Of a stretch of 64,000 bases of DNA, positions 38,069-52,113 are shown in pieces. Position numbers and translations under genes: made by a program. Source of the stretch: Podospora anserina (lineage: Eukaryota); the NCBI GenBank assembly GCA_017654855.1, contig CM030335.1:1674001-1738000 (forward strand), read 5' to 3'. Position 1 is the first letter of the stretch. Each line of letters starts with the position of its first letter. A model generated the notes under the pieces. That model did no database searches and had not been told where the DNA came from. It saw nothing but the letters and a program-made list of their open reading frames with translations.

Positions 38069-41000
38069 CGTGTGATGCTGAAAAAGGTTCGTTGGACTTT
38101 TTGAACTATCACGAGGGAGAGACTGGTGGGAAACAGATACCAGCAAGCTTACAGTATGTTCAAAAACGCAAAGGATGACCTGAAGTCTGAGTCCAGCTGT
38201 TTTGTTTCTTGAGGTCAGAGTCAGAATCACCACAATGAAAAATCGGGGGTTCACAAGTCCCCCAGGGTTGACAAAGTCTCTCTGCCCAGAGCAAACAAAG
38301 AAACATAACGCGGCAGGTGTCTTTATGCTACTTAGGTAGCCAGCCACAACACTAACACTGTTGCAAGTCTGAACAAAAGGAGGGCAAACTTCATTGTTCT
38401 CTCGTCTTCAAGATTCAAAATCAAGTCCCCGAGGCTGACACAACTTTGAGGAGGACCTTTGGTTCAGGGGTAAAAAGGGGTAACCACAACATTGACAAGA
38501 GCATCTCATCGCCAAGTATCATTGAAGCGCATCCATTCTCGCTGAGACGGCAGTAGACGACGTTTGCTCTTTCTGCATCTGAGTTGGATCTGTGAGACGT
38601 TGTGGCAGTCGCCTCGTGCCCAAGTCAATCAAATACTAGCATCTTTGGACTCAATGTCGTGAATAACCCACCGTGCTCACAATAACTCATACATACTGCC
38701 TTTCCGAATCTGCACATCATACCAAAAAGCTGCTTTGTTGTTGATGTGACATTAGCTCTTGAAGTCAACAGTGCTAACTTTGTTTCCGCGCTCTTTTGTT
38801 GAATCGTCCATACCGTCCCTAAATAGCTATTGGTACATGTAATGATGAGCCATGATCAAACTGCAGGGGTGTATTAAATCGACATTCGACACCCCTCTCG
38901 CTGCCTAGGTACACAACTCCATGGGTGCCTAGACGATCGGAATCAGCACTAAACACCGACGGCTAACATGAATGCCAGCCAACACTGTCACATGTGCTAC
39001 TATAGCCGGGTTATGGGTTCCGCATGTCACACCGTCTATTACTACAAGGGTCAGCAATCACACCATCTAGCTCTTATCTTGCCAATTCCCAAACAGTCTT
39101 TTTTTTTCTTGCTTTTAACCCCCTTAAGTCACCATCATCCGACTGCGTCAGACTCGGACGAGAGAGCCGAATCGATCTGCCCTTCAGCCGCCGAAGTCTG
39201 CATTCATCTCAAAGGACCACAGTCAACCCGCGCCCTGTAGTAGGGTAGATGTAGAAACTGTGCTCCCCCGATATAATTGCGTATAATATCGAGGGCGTAC
39301 TCTCGGGCCGCCGCCGCTGATGAGTTGCCAGTACAGTCACAACAGAAACCAATCAAAGAAGGGGGCGACGATCCGGCGTATATCGTGTTTCCGTCATGTT
39401 GCATTGCATATCATCACATAAACCATATCCTATCAGGGACATTGCACAAGACCAAGGCTCTTCTCCGTGACAGCTGTTGACGCACTCTGCCTCGTGCCCG
39501 ATACCAGTGTCGCTATGCATCGGACTTATGACCTCCACATTCAATAGTTGATGCAGTGCTTTACGACCAAGACCGCCCAGAGTGTAGAAAGACAGCCAGG
39601 CCCGTTCCTTCTGCAGCAGGTTACAGATGAAAGTGGGTGGTTGGTTGGACGGGTGGGTAACACGGCATGTAAATCCATCCGTCTCCTAACGTCTTGGCTA
39701 GGACCTGAACTCAGGACCCAAACTCGGACTGGGATGGATTTGGACCTACACGGAGTTCTGGCTGGAACCTTGTGGACGTCTCGTGGAACCACTCTGTGAG
39801 AAACAGGGACCTATGAAGCCACTATGCACGTAAACACACATCCTGTGCGTGTGCGAATGAGTCCGCTCGTGTACTCTATCTGTGACAACTGCGGCGCAGC
39901 CTGTGCTACCTGAAATGTCGAGGGGCAATCACTCTGTACACAAATTTCGATTTGACCAAAGACAACACGACATCGGACGAGGTACAACAAAGGGCAGAGA
40001 TTGATTGTCGAGAATGAAACTAGAAACAGCATCGAGACGGGCGTAGGAATGTAGCATGCCATCACATGCGAAACAAGAGCAAAACAAAGCGCCCATCACC
40101 ACATAAGCACCAAGTCGTCCAGGCAGGAATAAGAAAAAGAGAAAAGTCCGAGTTATCATCCACCTTTACTCCATATGGGAAGGGTAAGATGCCCCCCCCA
40201 CCCCCCCACCAGAGTCCACAAAAGGAAGCGCGTACTCCGTACACTCCACCATCTATCTAGGCCCGGAAGCTGACATCCTGAGGTGATGCCATGCTGCAAC
40301 AAACCCTTGGCCACGTAGAATGCGCCGCACACCTTCTCCTTCTCCGATTTCTCGGTCTCGCATAATCCCTCCCCAATCGACCTATCAAGACTCCAGCAAG
40401 TGACACTAGATTGCCCCATTCTTTTTTTGATCTCTAATGCTGCCGGCATGTATACCTGGAAGCAGTGCCACACACCGACAGCACCGCCGAGTGGAAAAAA
40501 CTTACCGCGATCGCATTATCATTGCGGCAATGCGTATATCCCAATCCAGCCATAAGAAGAACATTTGATGATGATTGTGGCCGCCTTGCAGGAGACCCCT
40601 ACCACAGGGGGGTCGTGTGCCCCGTGGGGGGGCGTATTCTCGCACGTCAGGCTGTAGAAAGTTTGCCCCGGATGGGTACAGATTGGATTGAACAATCTGT
40701 ATGTCTGTTACGTGTCTATAATCCCGATACCACGCAGCCAATGTCCATCGAGCCAAGTAAGATGACCGATCATGACTGATCCCCATATCAGCAATGATCA
40801 GAATCATGCCAATTGCTTACAACCAAACCCGCAACACTACCTATACACACATGAATCACGATATGACCCCATCCAGTCCCGTATTCTGGAAAAGATGACG
40901 CTATTCCCAATCACTTCAACCCCAGTTCGGGAATAACACCCGAAACATGGGAACTGCAAGAAACGTGTGCAAGCCTCCAGTCCTTGTCACCCTAGCTCAC

Positions 41001-44000
41001 CGTCAAGGTTGCATGTGTTAATTTCCGGAAAGAGAAGGATCGCGAGCCAAAATGCATCGTCCATGTTCATGTTCGCCAGTTCGGACCCCGGCTTCGGCTG
41101 GCTTGCAACTCCCACCACTCAAGAAGAACAATTCATGATTTTTAAATATCGCCAAGCAAACCCCATTCGGTTGTCGGCATCCAACTGGGGGGGGGGTCAA
41201 GCTCTGCTGCTCTAGCTACACGATGGTAACCCAGACTGTACAACGGATCGTACACATGGGCTTTTGATAATTTCTTGGGTCATATTGCCACATGGTGACC
41301 TTGTCCAGATAGATATGAGATTGCCGCACTGTGTGCGTGCTGTCAATTTGAACAAGATCGCAATGACCCAACGGCTGGAGAGCTGGAAAAAGAATCTATC
41401 GAATACCAAGACCAATGCCTTTGACTCCGCGGCCCCCAAATTCAGTTAGACAACATCCCAACGTTTCAATCCTCAGCCCACGTCCTCCCTCCTTCCACAA
41501 GTTCAGCGCCGCCAGTCTGGGTAGACATGGATGCGGGTGGTTGGTGTGGATGACACCAAGGTCTTGGCTAGCAGCGAAAAAAAAAGGAAGATGACACGAT
41601 TACAAAAAGCGCTAAACAAAAAGCCGATTTTGGGAGCATTGATTACCCAAGTCGACGCTAGCAGAGATTTTGGCTGGTGCTGACTAGACCACTGCCAACT
41701 ACGGAGTCGAGAAATGCTACGGTATATCCGAATCCCGAAATAGCAGCTTCCCTGATTTGTTTTTGTCGATACAATCGTGAAGATATGATCCGAGAGGAGG
41801 AGGGGGCGGGTATTTGTGAGTCCTGGTCTCGGCCTCCTGTCGGGCGCCGCCGGCGGACTCTCCGGACGAGTCGCAAGAACGCAAAAGAAAAAAAAAGACG
41901 CCAACGGAATCTCCAACATTGCCCTAGTCCGGCCTAGCGCGTCCCGACTATGGCCTCATGCCCTGTCCCTGTCTCTCCTCCTTCCTCCGGTCTCGAAGGA
42001 TTCCGTGAACAAAGTTCCCGTCGGGGGTGGTCTATGTGGCCAGCTCCTTTGGGCCAGGTCATCATCTTCACCTTCCCTTTCCCATGACCGCTGACATCTT
42101 CTAGATATCCAAAAGATATCGCTTTGCCCAGGAACAAGAAGATTATTATTATCAACGCCATGACTCCCCGTGATGATGGCGCCTCCAACACCTACCCACC
42201 TGCATGAGGAGAACATGTGGACCAGACCAGATAGAAACAGTCACTCGCGCGCGCTCCAAATCTCCCCCCCAAATGAATGGCTCCGTCTTGCATATCACAT
42301 TGGTCACGTTTTCCCCTCCACAGACCAACTAGAATACTGTAAACCTCAAAACATTTTTGTTTTCTTCGATCCGCGTGTGCGCGGCCGGCAAGTCATCAGT
42401 TCAACCTATAGCTGCATCAAGCTGAGCTGTCACCGCTGTAATTGGCTGTTTAATTGTCCATGTGATAGTGGCCAATCTCTCCCCGGCCAATGCTTATCGT
42501 ATATTTTTTTGCTGTTTTCTGTTCAGTTGCGGGATTTAAGGGTCAGGAAAAATTGGGGTTTGGGGTGGGAAATCTGATATCAATATGATGCGGTGTGTCC
42601 CAGATACGAAAAGACCGATGCACTGCGTTAGGGTTCTAGCCAGCCAGCCAGCCAGCCACATGTCAAAAAGTGACGGTGTGCTTTCGCACTGTTTCGGGTG
42701 GCTGGACTTATGGAATAGAATCTCCCAGAAAGAAGAAAAAAAAAAAACTCTGTGTAGTGTAGTAAGGTACTTTGATCGTTGGTAGACAAACGCCACCATG
42801 AGAGGAACCGTAAATTAGTAGATGGCGGGGGACTGGAGTGTTATAATCTAGCTCGGCCGTTCCGGGCCGAGCTACCGGACTTTGCTGCAGTGGCTACTTT
42901 GAGTCGAGCGACGTCTACGATTAGGCAGGTAGGTTTGAACGTTTGGTGCCTTGGTTTATCGGCTGAAACCTTGTCTTTTTTCTTTTCGGTGCGGAGGTAC
43001 ATGGCGAGTTGATTATTACTTCGCCCCGACCGCGATGCTGCCTTTTTTTGGGGAGAAGTAACGCTTGCCGAGAATGGAATGCGGTCTGCAAGGAAACTCA
43101 ATAAACTAAGCAGGCATACTTTGGATCCCAGGCTCTTCCATCGGCAGTATGCACAAGCTGAAGAAGTGCATCAAAAAACGATGACTCAAGACCCCCAGCA
43201 TAATGATGATGCATCACATCAAACTGCCACTCACTCCGCCCGCACGCACAACACATCATAGGGTAGGTATATGCAGAACCCACCCAGAACCATATCATCA
43301 TATCTACCATAGATATGCGGATAGGCGGCAGTTATATGACTTTGGATGATAACCCAATGACGGCACCTCACCTGCAGATATGTTACACCCTGTCCACACA
43401 CAAACCTCTGCAGACGCCTTAGAGTAAAGGATAATGTCCCCCCCCACATGCACATCTAGAAACCAAGAATACAGGGTACAACCTCGGACTTTTCCCAATC
43501 TTGTAGCCATCATCCGAGTTTCTTCGGCCCATGCTATCTCCATCGAGTATCTATACTTCCATCTTCTACACCCGAGTTCTATCGGCTCATCGCACTGGCC
43601 TGCTCGGATCGATCAATCCCGCCAAGCGACATTATTATCAGTATTGAAAGGGTTCGGACCTTGTGAAACTCAACCCCCCCCCCTGTGCCCGCATCACACC
43701 AACCAGTATCTTCTGTGTTTTTGTGAGATCAGAAGGACTCGGCCTCGTGTACTACGCATACAGACAGCAAATGTTCAATGTTGTTGTGCGAGGGGATCGC
43801 TTTCCAGAACGGGAGCAAAACAAACAGATGATGGTGTTGGTGCTACGCTTTCATTCCAGTCCCGTATCGTGTGAGTTACAAGCTGCAAGTAAACCGACAA
43901 ACGAAACGACCAACAAGCGCATCATAATATACCCTCATCAAACGGGTTTGCCGTCTTTAAGAATGCCAGCACCCCAACTTGACACCGACTCGGCTCCCGA

Positions 44001-47000
44001 CCGTTCATTCTTCGTGTGCGTACCCCCGTGCGGCCTGCGGACGAAAACCCCTACCCAGAGGAGATAACCCCAACTCCGGCAGTTGTTGGGCCACAGCCAC
44101 GCTTTGTATGTGTGAGAGTTGGTGTTACAATAGCCCGCTCGTGCTGTGCTGCATGAAATTTGTCTTTCCAGCGGTAAGGTAAGGGTTGAACCAACACAAG
44201 TCTTACAATCAACAAGTTGCTGCTGCCAAGTGCCCGAGCATAAGATCGAATATTGGCTTTTGAGCCAAGAAGAGGGGGGCAGAAGAAGGTCTTTGCTTGA
44301 ATGATAGCGGTCTCTGACTCGGTGTGTTGGAACCAACAGCCCTTGGCTTCGCGGTCCGGACTGGACTGGGGGGTTTTTCTTTGAGTTGCTATGTTTATGC
44401 CAGCTCAGATGCAGGAAGGCAAACGGACGGGATATATCATCTATAAAATCCGGACAGACTCGGGGGATAATGATAACGACAATGGGCTAGCAGGCGTAAC
44501 AGCGATGGCGCAATCACCAACGACATATGCTGTAGTAGCTGTCGAATCATATGCCTCCTTTCGGACTAACATCATCGAGATCGTGTGATCCCTGCGGTTG
44601 GCCCCAAGCCCAGGGTGTGGACCTACTGCGAGAAGAAGAATGGCAGCTGCACACGTTTTGGTGGCTCGGGTATAGCAGATAAAGTCTCAACTGGCGGCGT
44701 TTACACGCATCTATCCATCCTCTTGGGTCGCACGTGAGCCTATCAAGAGATGGGTTGGTTCTCCCTGAGGTACTGGCATGTTTTGTTCCACTTTTATTGT
44801 ATTAGGTTTCGTTTTTTGTGTGTGTTGTTGGTGTCAAATTGTGACGTTGTGTTGGCTGGTCTCACTGTGCGACCAAGCACTGTGAATATGCCCGAAGTGA
44901 GCACAAAATCTCTCCTTTAAGAATAGGGGTGGCGCAGGGGGTGTCTTGGTTATGGCTGGATTGATATGGGGATTCTATGCTTGTGACACAGATCCGGATT
45001 GAGGTTGATCGTGGGTTTGAGTTGGAGGTTATATGTAGTGATGGTTAATTCTATTCTCTTAGGTAGGTATGATCAAGAGGAAGTGGAATCTGATTGTGCA
45101 TCGAGCTGGAATCCAGTCTTGATACAATGTTAAAGGCGTAGATGAATGAAGAAATCTCGCGCGTCGCCAGCATGGCATGTGATGCCAAAACCCATCCGCG
45201 GAAGCAGCCGAGTTGTACGTACAATTTTACACAATCTTTTTCCCCCCTCGCAAGAAGCAGCATCCCTGTCAAGGATTTTCCACGTTTCCTTCCTTTGACG
45301 TTTACCGATGAAACTGTTAATCCCGGTAGTGCAACCCCTGCCTCGGTGTGTCAGATATGCTTCCAAGCTCTCCCTGTGAGCACATGTGGTAAACATGCCG
45401 TAATTGGTGGTTCAAAGGTGGCGGGTGTGGCTTGTTCTCGTACAAGCATTCGTAGTCGGACCCCTATTTCCGGATTTTTTTTTTCGAAACCTCGTGTTGC
45501 CCCAAAGCTGGTACCCTACCCGAAGCGCTGCATGCCAGATGTTCGAGACAGTTGCCCCAAGCGAACAGTGCCTCCGAACAATAACGGGGGGGACGCAACG
45601 TTCTCTTGATCTTCCTTACAAAATCGGAGGGGTTTGTTGCCAAGGTCGCCGAGATTCAGTATGTGTATCTCAGTCATCGATGGTGGCATTTTCTGACATC
45701 CTGCAAATGTCAGATGCGAACGGAAGTGGGAATTACGCGGGACCGAGAAAATCAGTAATCATTGATCAGATACTCGTACAATCGTGTCTGACTGGCTCAT
45801 CGAGATCTTAGTAAATATACTATCACCATTGGGCACCGATTAATCCACTTATTGGCGTGCGTGCATAGTCGGTGCATCTCGGGCTCTCAGCTTCACCATG
45901 TTGGGGATGAATGGATGATGCATGCCGGGTTTACGTTATACCCGACTCAACAGCCGGCTAGTCGTCTCACCGTCCGCTAGAGCTTCCAGATATCTCAACA
46001 AAGTTTGCTGATATGGTCCCTTTTCGTTGCCTCCTAGAAATCAATCTTTTGTTCTGGTGGCACCGAGTCAGTTCTGTGGCGCCACAGCTCATCACCGGAC
46101 TTTCCCATCTCCACTCAAGGGGCGAGTACTACCACGCCCCTGCCCCTGCTGGCGAAGCTTGCGCGTTTCGGGCTTTTGGTCCAATCCTCTGGGTCCTGAC
46201 CAAGCTGATGATGGAACTGTAGTGTCGTAGTCCGACTCCGGCTGGTGTCGGATCCCAGCATCAAGTGTTTTTGTCTTGTTGTGTTGTTATTATGCCAGTG
46301 GTGTTTTGCGAGCGCGACGAAAAGGAGGAGAGCGGATGGATGTGATATCAACGGGAGCCATCAAAGCCCAATGGCGCGCGAGATGCAGCTTGTCGGGCTA
46401 TATATTGGTGGCGTCATGTACATCGCCAAAATGATAGGTCTAGCTAGTGGAACCGTCATGGTGACTGGTTGGGCCGATACGACTTGCTCATACGAGCGAG
46501 TACCGCATGATAAAAGTATCAGCGCTTGTGTCGCCCTCCTCAGCTTGCAACAAATCAGCGGCGTCGCTATCACCCAATCTACTTCCGTACCCCGAGTACA
46601 TACACACTACAGTCACCCACGTAATCCGAGGCAATGGCATCATTGGACCCACGATCCACACAAGACGCGAGGAACTAGTCCCGTGGTTCGGTCCAGCTCG
46701 CTTGGTGCACCCTCCCCTTCTCTAAAAGGCTCCCCTGCAGGCGTGGATTGGTTATGCGGCGTCTGGGCGCACCTTGCTTATGCGGCTTTGGATAGCCTCT
46801 CATGGCAGACTCTTGGCTGCATGGTCCAAGGTTCTGCCTGAGCTGTTTATGATTTCCTGCTTTGTCAGAGTGACACAGGCAGCTAATCGCGACAAGATCA
46901 TAGAGAGGGCATGGCACGAGTCGATATGCCGTACGCACGTACCGGTCGGTACCTAGTAGAGACAGGGATGGCGAATAGCCGCGGGCTCAGAGATGTTTAG

Positions 47001-48256
47001 AGACTATGGGGGGTGAAACACCCGATGGCGACGGGTTTGGCGATGAAGATCAGCAGTTTTGGTTTCGGAAAGGGGTTAGACGGGAACGCTACTCACTGCC
47101 CTTCTGCGACAAGGCAATTACCTAGAGGCCGGCAATGATGAAGATATTCGACGATAGTGTCAAGGAACGACATTGATTAATGCGGGGGGTGGGTGAGTGA
47201 ATGACACTTTGGATGGATCGTGGCTGGAGCCTAACAGGTAAGAAGAAATACAAAATCCCCCCGCTGGCATCAATTAGATCGGAGCTGGGCGCGCACCAAA
47301 TTGCCATGCCGGGACTTTGAGGGTGGATCAGTTCGCATTTCTGTGAGTCGCATGGATCGGCTTTTGTTTTTTTGAAAAGGTGTCATCAGGATCCATCTCC
47401 ATGAGAGCCCAGGTCGGGTGTTGCATGATTGAAATGAACAAAAGGGAGAGAGAAAAAGGGAGGCGGACTAGATGCTCCATTTTTTTTTGTTGTTGTCTTG
47501 TCTCCCTTTGATGATCTGAGTCAAAATATTCGAGAGAGGGACGGGAGCAACTGCAGATATCATCACACCCGACGGTGCTGGTGCTGCTGGGAGAGCAGGG
47601 GCCTGCTAGGGGGCTCCTGGTGGTCCGGAACACCTGTTTAGCGCCAATCTTATACCTGTCACGACCCCTGTCGCCCTGGTCGCTAGTTTTTACGCCAACC
47701 GCTCAGATCGAGCCTAGGCGCGTTGCTGGACTGCGCCTTCAGCACTGTGTGGCCCCGTCGTACCAAAGATGCCAGGCACTTTACACACCACTTGCTCCAC
47801 TCACCCCCCCTGTTCTAATAATATTCTCTAATTTGTTTCGCTATTTCGCTATCTACTACTTGCTCCCTGCACCACGAAGCTTTGCCTCGACTCCCGCTTT
47901 CCTCTGGTTTACACTTTTACACTTTCCATTACACTTTCTCCATCCCCAACACCTCACCACCACCTCACACCTTCACCACCTGCCATCATCACCTCTCATT
48001 CACTTCCAACGGTACACACCCTCCCACTCCCCATCTAGAGGTAGTAGTTCGTGTTGTTTCTACTCGCCCTTGCTACAACAAAGAGGTGAGAGACAGTCGA
48101 CTACCGATCGCATTTATAGCGTGTAGTTGTTTTTTTTTTCTTTTGTTTCGCTTGCTGCTGTACCATATGTAAGTTCCTTCCTTCCTCCCCCCCCCCACCC
48201 CCCCCCTCACCCCCATCATCAACATGATCATTGTCGTCATCATTTGCTATGACTCT

Positions 48257-48263
48257 CACCCTA

Positions 48264-48294
<31 letters not shown>
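48257..48294 (+). repeat. (CACCCT)n hexamer repeat in a 5'-UTR intron
   Basis: About 6 copies, read directly. Confidence 0.8.
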
Positions 48295-48295
<1 letters not shown>

Positions 48296-48594
48296 ATTAC
48301 CGCTCCTGCCCAGCTCCCAGCTGCCAACTCCCAGCTTCCATCTCGTCTCGAGTGTGATGATTTTGCGACACGGGATCCCTGCACACGCACCACCATCGGC
48401 ATTTCGCGGTGCCATGGTGCAACATGTGTCTGGTGAACCTTTTCTCACCCGAAGCGACTACCACCTCATCTCAATTGCCAATCTCGCCTCATTCATCTCA
48501 TTCAAGTCATTCTTCTCCCCCATCGCTCATCACTCACCGTCAACCCCGCTAACACTGAATCACAGATGCCGTGTCGCCAGACCGGCGCCTCAAA

Positions 48595-51500
48595 ATGACC
48601 ACCTCAACCTCACCATATGCGAGGACTCCAGAGTTCCCTTCCTACAGCCGGCAACCTGAGGGTCATCCATCAGATATGTCTCGGCAGCATGGGAATCGAC
48701 CAAGCCCACACCCTAAAATGGCTGCCTCCAAGGGGGAACCAGATCCCCTCGTGCAAAACTATGCGCACATTTTGGAACTGAAGCAGCGTCGCAAGGTCGA
48801 TGAGCAGCAGTTGCGCCTGAAGCTTGATAACAAGAAGATGGACCTCGACTCGTGGTTTCGGACTGACCGAGAAAGGTATCTCGCCTTGGAGGGGCATCCT
48901 GAACTTCTCAATGGGATAGTGAAGCTTTTGAAGGAGGTAAACCAGTTCAAGGCCAGGGATCTGGACCGCGAATATGACGAGGAACTGGCTGCCCTGAGGA
49001 AACGGTATGAAGAAATGGAGGCCAGCCAGTGGCAGAACGTGTTGAATATCGATGTGCCGCCGCCTTCCACGTCGGGGCCGCCTCCTGTAAGTTTTCGATG
49101 GACGTGCCCAGAACTTTGTGTCGATTTGCTCATCGGATATCCAGCTGCCTGCTTCCGAAAGGCCGCAGCCGCCCATCTTGTCGTCCTCTACCGCCCCGCC
49201 TAACAATCCACATGGGCCGCTCATGGCTCCAAGCGTGTCTGGTTATCCCAGAGGCTTCGTTGGTTCCTCGGAGCCTGTCAGACACGGGCCTCTGACGATT
49301 GCACCACACTACCCCCCGACAATGCGCTCGTCTTTGGAGCCTCCACCCCAGACCAATGGGTCGCGAGAACCCCCGGTATCATCCATGCATGCCCACCCAG
49401 CGCCAGTCTCGTCTTCCATGCGGAATATGTACCATCCCATGCCACAGATGGCTCCCCCACAGCCACAGCTAACCAGTAATGGCCGTCGTATTCTTCCAGG
49501 AGCGCCAACAACAAATGGCTGGCACAGGAACCCTAGTTATGGTCCTGCCATGTACTCTACACCTCCAGGCAGAATGCCACCGCTCCATCCGACATACCCC
49601 AAGAGTGATGGACCCACCAACCCTTCGGCCCATGAACGCCAGGTTCTGCCTCCGATCCTCCCCCCTCAGCTGCATCGTCCTGGTCCGGTGGAGGAAGGAC
49701 AGCAGCCCAAGAGAAAGGCCACCCTTACCGACTCGGCTCCCCCAGACGTCAAACGAGCCAAGCAAGACCACACACCCAGCAGTGCCGATCTCGAGCGCGC
49801 AACTCCCACCGCGAGTGAGGATGTCCGTCCGCAGCGGACAGTCCAGTTTAGTGAGGTGTGGGGAGGCGGCAACCCAGAGTACAAGCACATCATTATCCAG
49901 TTCCCCGATGGTGGAGATTACTACATCCTTCGCTGCGAGGAGCACGGCGTCAACTTTGGAGAACACCCACTTCGAGGGGCTGCGAAGCATTTGGCTAGTG
50001 CTCAACACGGGAGGATGTCTAAAGAGCACACGCAGGCTATCAGAACGCTGGGTTGGATTGTGGAAGGATGTGACTTCAAGTTGATGGAGATGAACAACAG
50101 GATGGTCATTGAAGCCTTCAAGAATGGCTACAAGCCTTTCAACGCCAACCAGCTCAACAAGACTGAACGGGCAAAGAAGGGCTTCCCTCAGCTTGACAAG
50201 AATGGAACCCCCATGAGCAGCCCCCTGAGCGCAGCCGCCTCCAGACAGCGGAAGGCGGCTTCTGGGATTGCGAATCCAGCACCGGCTGGGCTGTATACAG
50301 GATATTGTACTGCCGATCAAAAGCAACACCCTGTTGTGATTTTGCCGTGGGACGAGGAGAATCTGAACTCGGCTGGTCTGTTGGAGCTCACCCTCGAGAG
50401 CGCTGGCTTGTTTTCCGGTCCGCTTCCAAAGTGTTACGAGTATGACCGTGATGACAAGGGTCAAGTGAGGAGGATCAAAGGATGGGCCGAAGGGTACGGG
50501 ATTGGCGGCCCCCTCGTGAAGAAGCGGGAATTTCCAGTGCTCATCATCGATAGCGATGACCGGTAAGACAGTCGCGACTATTTTCTGTTTCTTCCCTTCT
50601 CGCTAACAATATGGGTAGGCAAAGCTGGCAACTTGGATGGATTGAGGCCAAATACCTGACTCCTTTTGATTTTGGCGATACTTCTGAGATTCCCCACTCG
50701 GCGGTGGCGCGAGAGTACTACGCCAAAACCATTCGAAAGTACCCAACTTACGATGATCTTCGACAAGATATGACTGCGAGGGGACAGCCCGTCGGCCCTG
50801 CCCAGACCCCATTGCCAAAGAAAATGGCGGATAGCCCGTCTCCGTCCGCATCCGTGTCTTTTCCGTCTTCGACCGCTGGCTTGGCCACCGCACAGTCGGC
50901 GACTTCGCAACCCTTGCAGCAACACGACGTGGAGATGGCGGATGTTGGTTCGGATTCAGACCAAGAATCTGTTACCAAATCAATGTCCAACTCTACCAAT
51001 GACATCGACATGGCAACTGCTGACAGTCGCCGGACGAGCGTGTCTAATCCCGACGAAGGCACAGAGACCGAGAAGGAGTTGCCACACCCCAGTGCGCAAG
51101 CCATTGCCGCCCAGGCCCTCATCAATCTCGAGACGCCTGCACGGAGCACTGGCTTCACAGCCATCAACTCACGGAGCGCCGCGTCCAGCGCAGAGCCACC
51201 CTCCCGCCAAAGCCCAGTCCCCGGAGCGTCTACCGAAAGAAGGCGAGTGGAGAAAATCCATGCCCGGAGTAAGAATGTGCTTGCCACAACTCAACCAGCG
51301 ACTCCCATCGTATCGCCACAGCCCATGTCGTCCATCGTCGTCAACACTGGTGTGGCAAATGGTCAGAAGCCAGACAGGGCCGAATCAGCCCCGGTCCACC
51401 AGAGTACGACGACGGCCGAGCGAGACCAGGAGCGCGCTCAGAGCGAATCCCTGACCCCTGCCTCACTGACAACTCCCGCCACACCGGCCTTTGTGTACCA

Positions 51501-52113
51501 CTTGCCGTCTGTTGAGCCTGTTCCACTGCAGCAGCAGGAGTATCCAACCCCCCTCCCATCGGCAACCGAGTCCGCGTCAGCCCCAACCGTATCCCTGGCC
51601 AGCGCAAGGGAGACTTCCCCTAGTGCTGGACCTCTGGCAACGCCCTCTGCCAGCGAGGCTTATGGTGCTAGCGAGTTCCCGGTGAAGACATCTGTCCCGG
51701 TGATCAAGACAGAAGCGGGCGAAGAGCCGGAAACATTCACAATTGGTGCGATTCGAGCGGGCGACGAAGAAATATTCAACTCAAAGATCGCCGGTACCCT
51801 TTTGTCCATTGAAGACGATCATACTACCGGGGTTCTGAAAGCTGTCCCGGGGTCACCAGAAGCTGTCTCGTCTTTCCAGATCGACCCCAAGCAGATCAAG
51901 ACTGCGGCTCGGTCCATGCGTGGCGAGGGAGGCAGCTGCGAGGTCACGATCGAGTTCATTGGGAATAAAACGCTGACACTGGTGTTTGAATTGGGTAGGG
52001 TCAATATTGAAGAACGCCTCGAGTCTGGAAAGATCCAAGCCAGGAGGTTTTGCCGGCGTCTGTTGGCCTGGAACAAGGCGGTAGAATGCCCCAGTATCGC
52101 CAACGCTCCGTGA
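48595..52113 (+). CDS. Large Pro/Ser-rich putative nuclear protein with coiled coil and C-x2-H...H-x5-H metal-binding-like motif (introns ~49087-49144 and ~50563-50618)
   Basis: Three ORFs joined by GT-AG introns; NLS-like KRKA..KRAK; motif YYILRCEEHGVNFGEHPLRGAAKHLASAQHG. Confidence 0.75.

Noticed and set aside
38400-48100. Numerous 60-200 aa ORFs in the gene-poor region
   Set aside because: Mostly non-ATG starts, no codon bias, no motifs, and homopolymer-derived low complexity.
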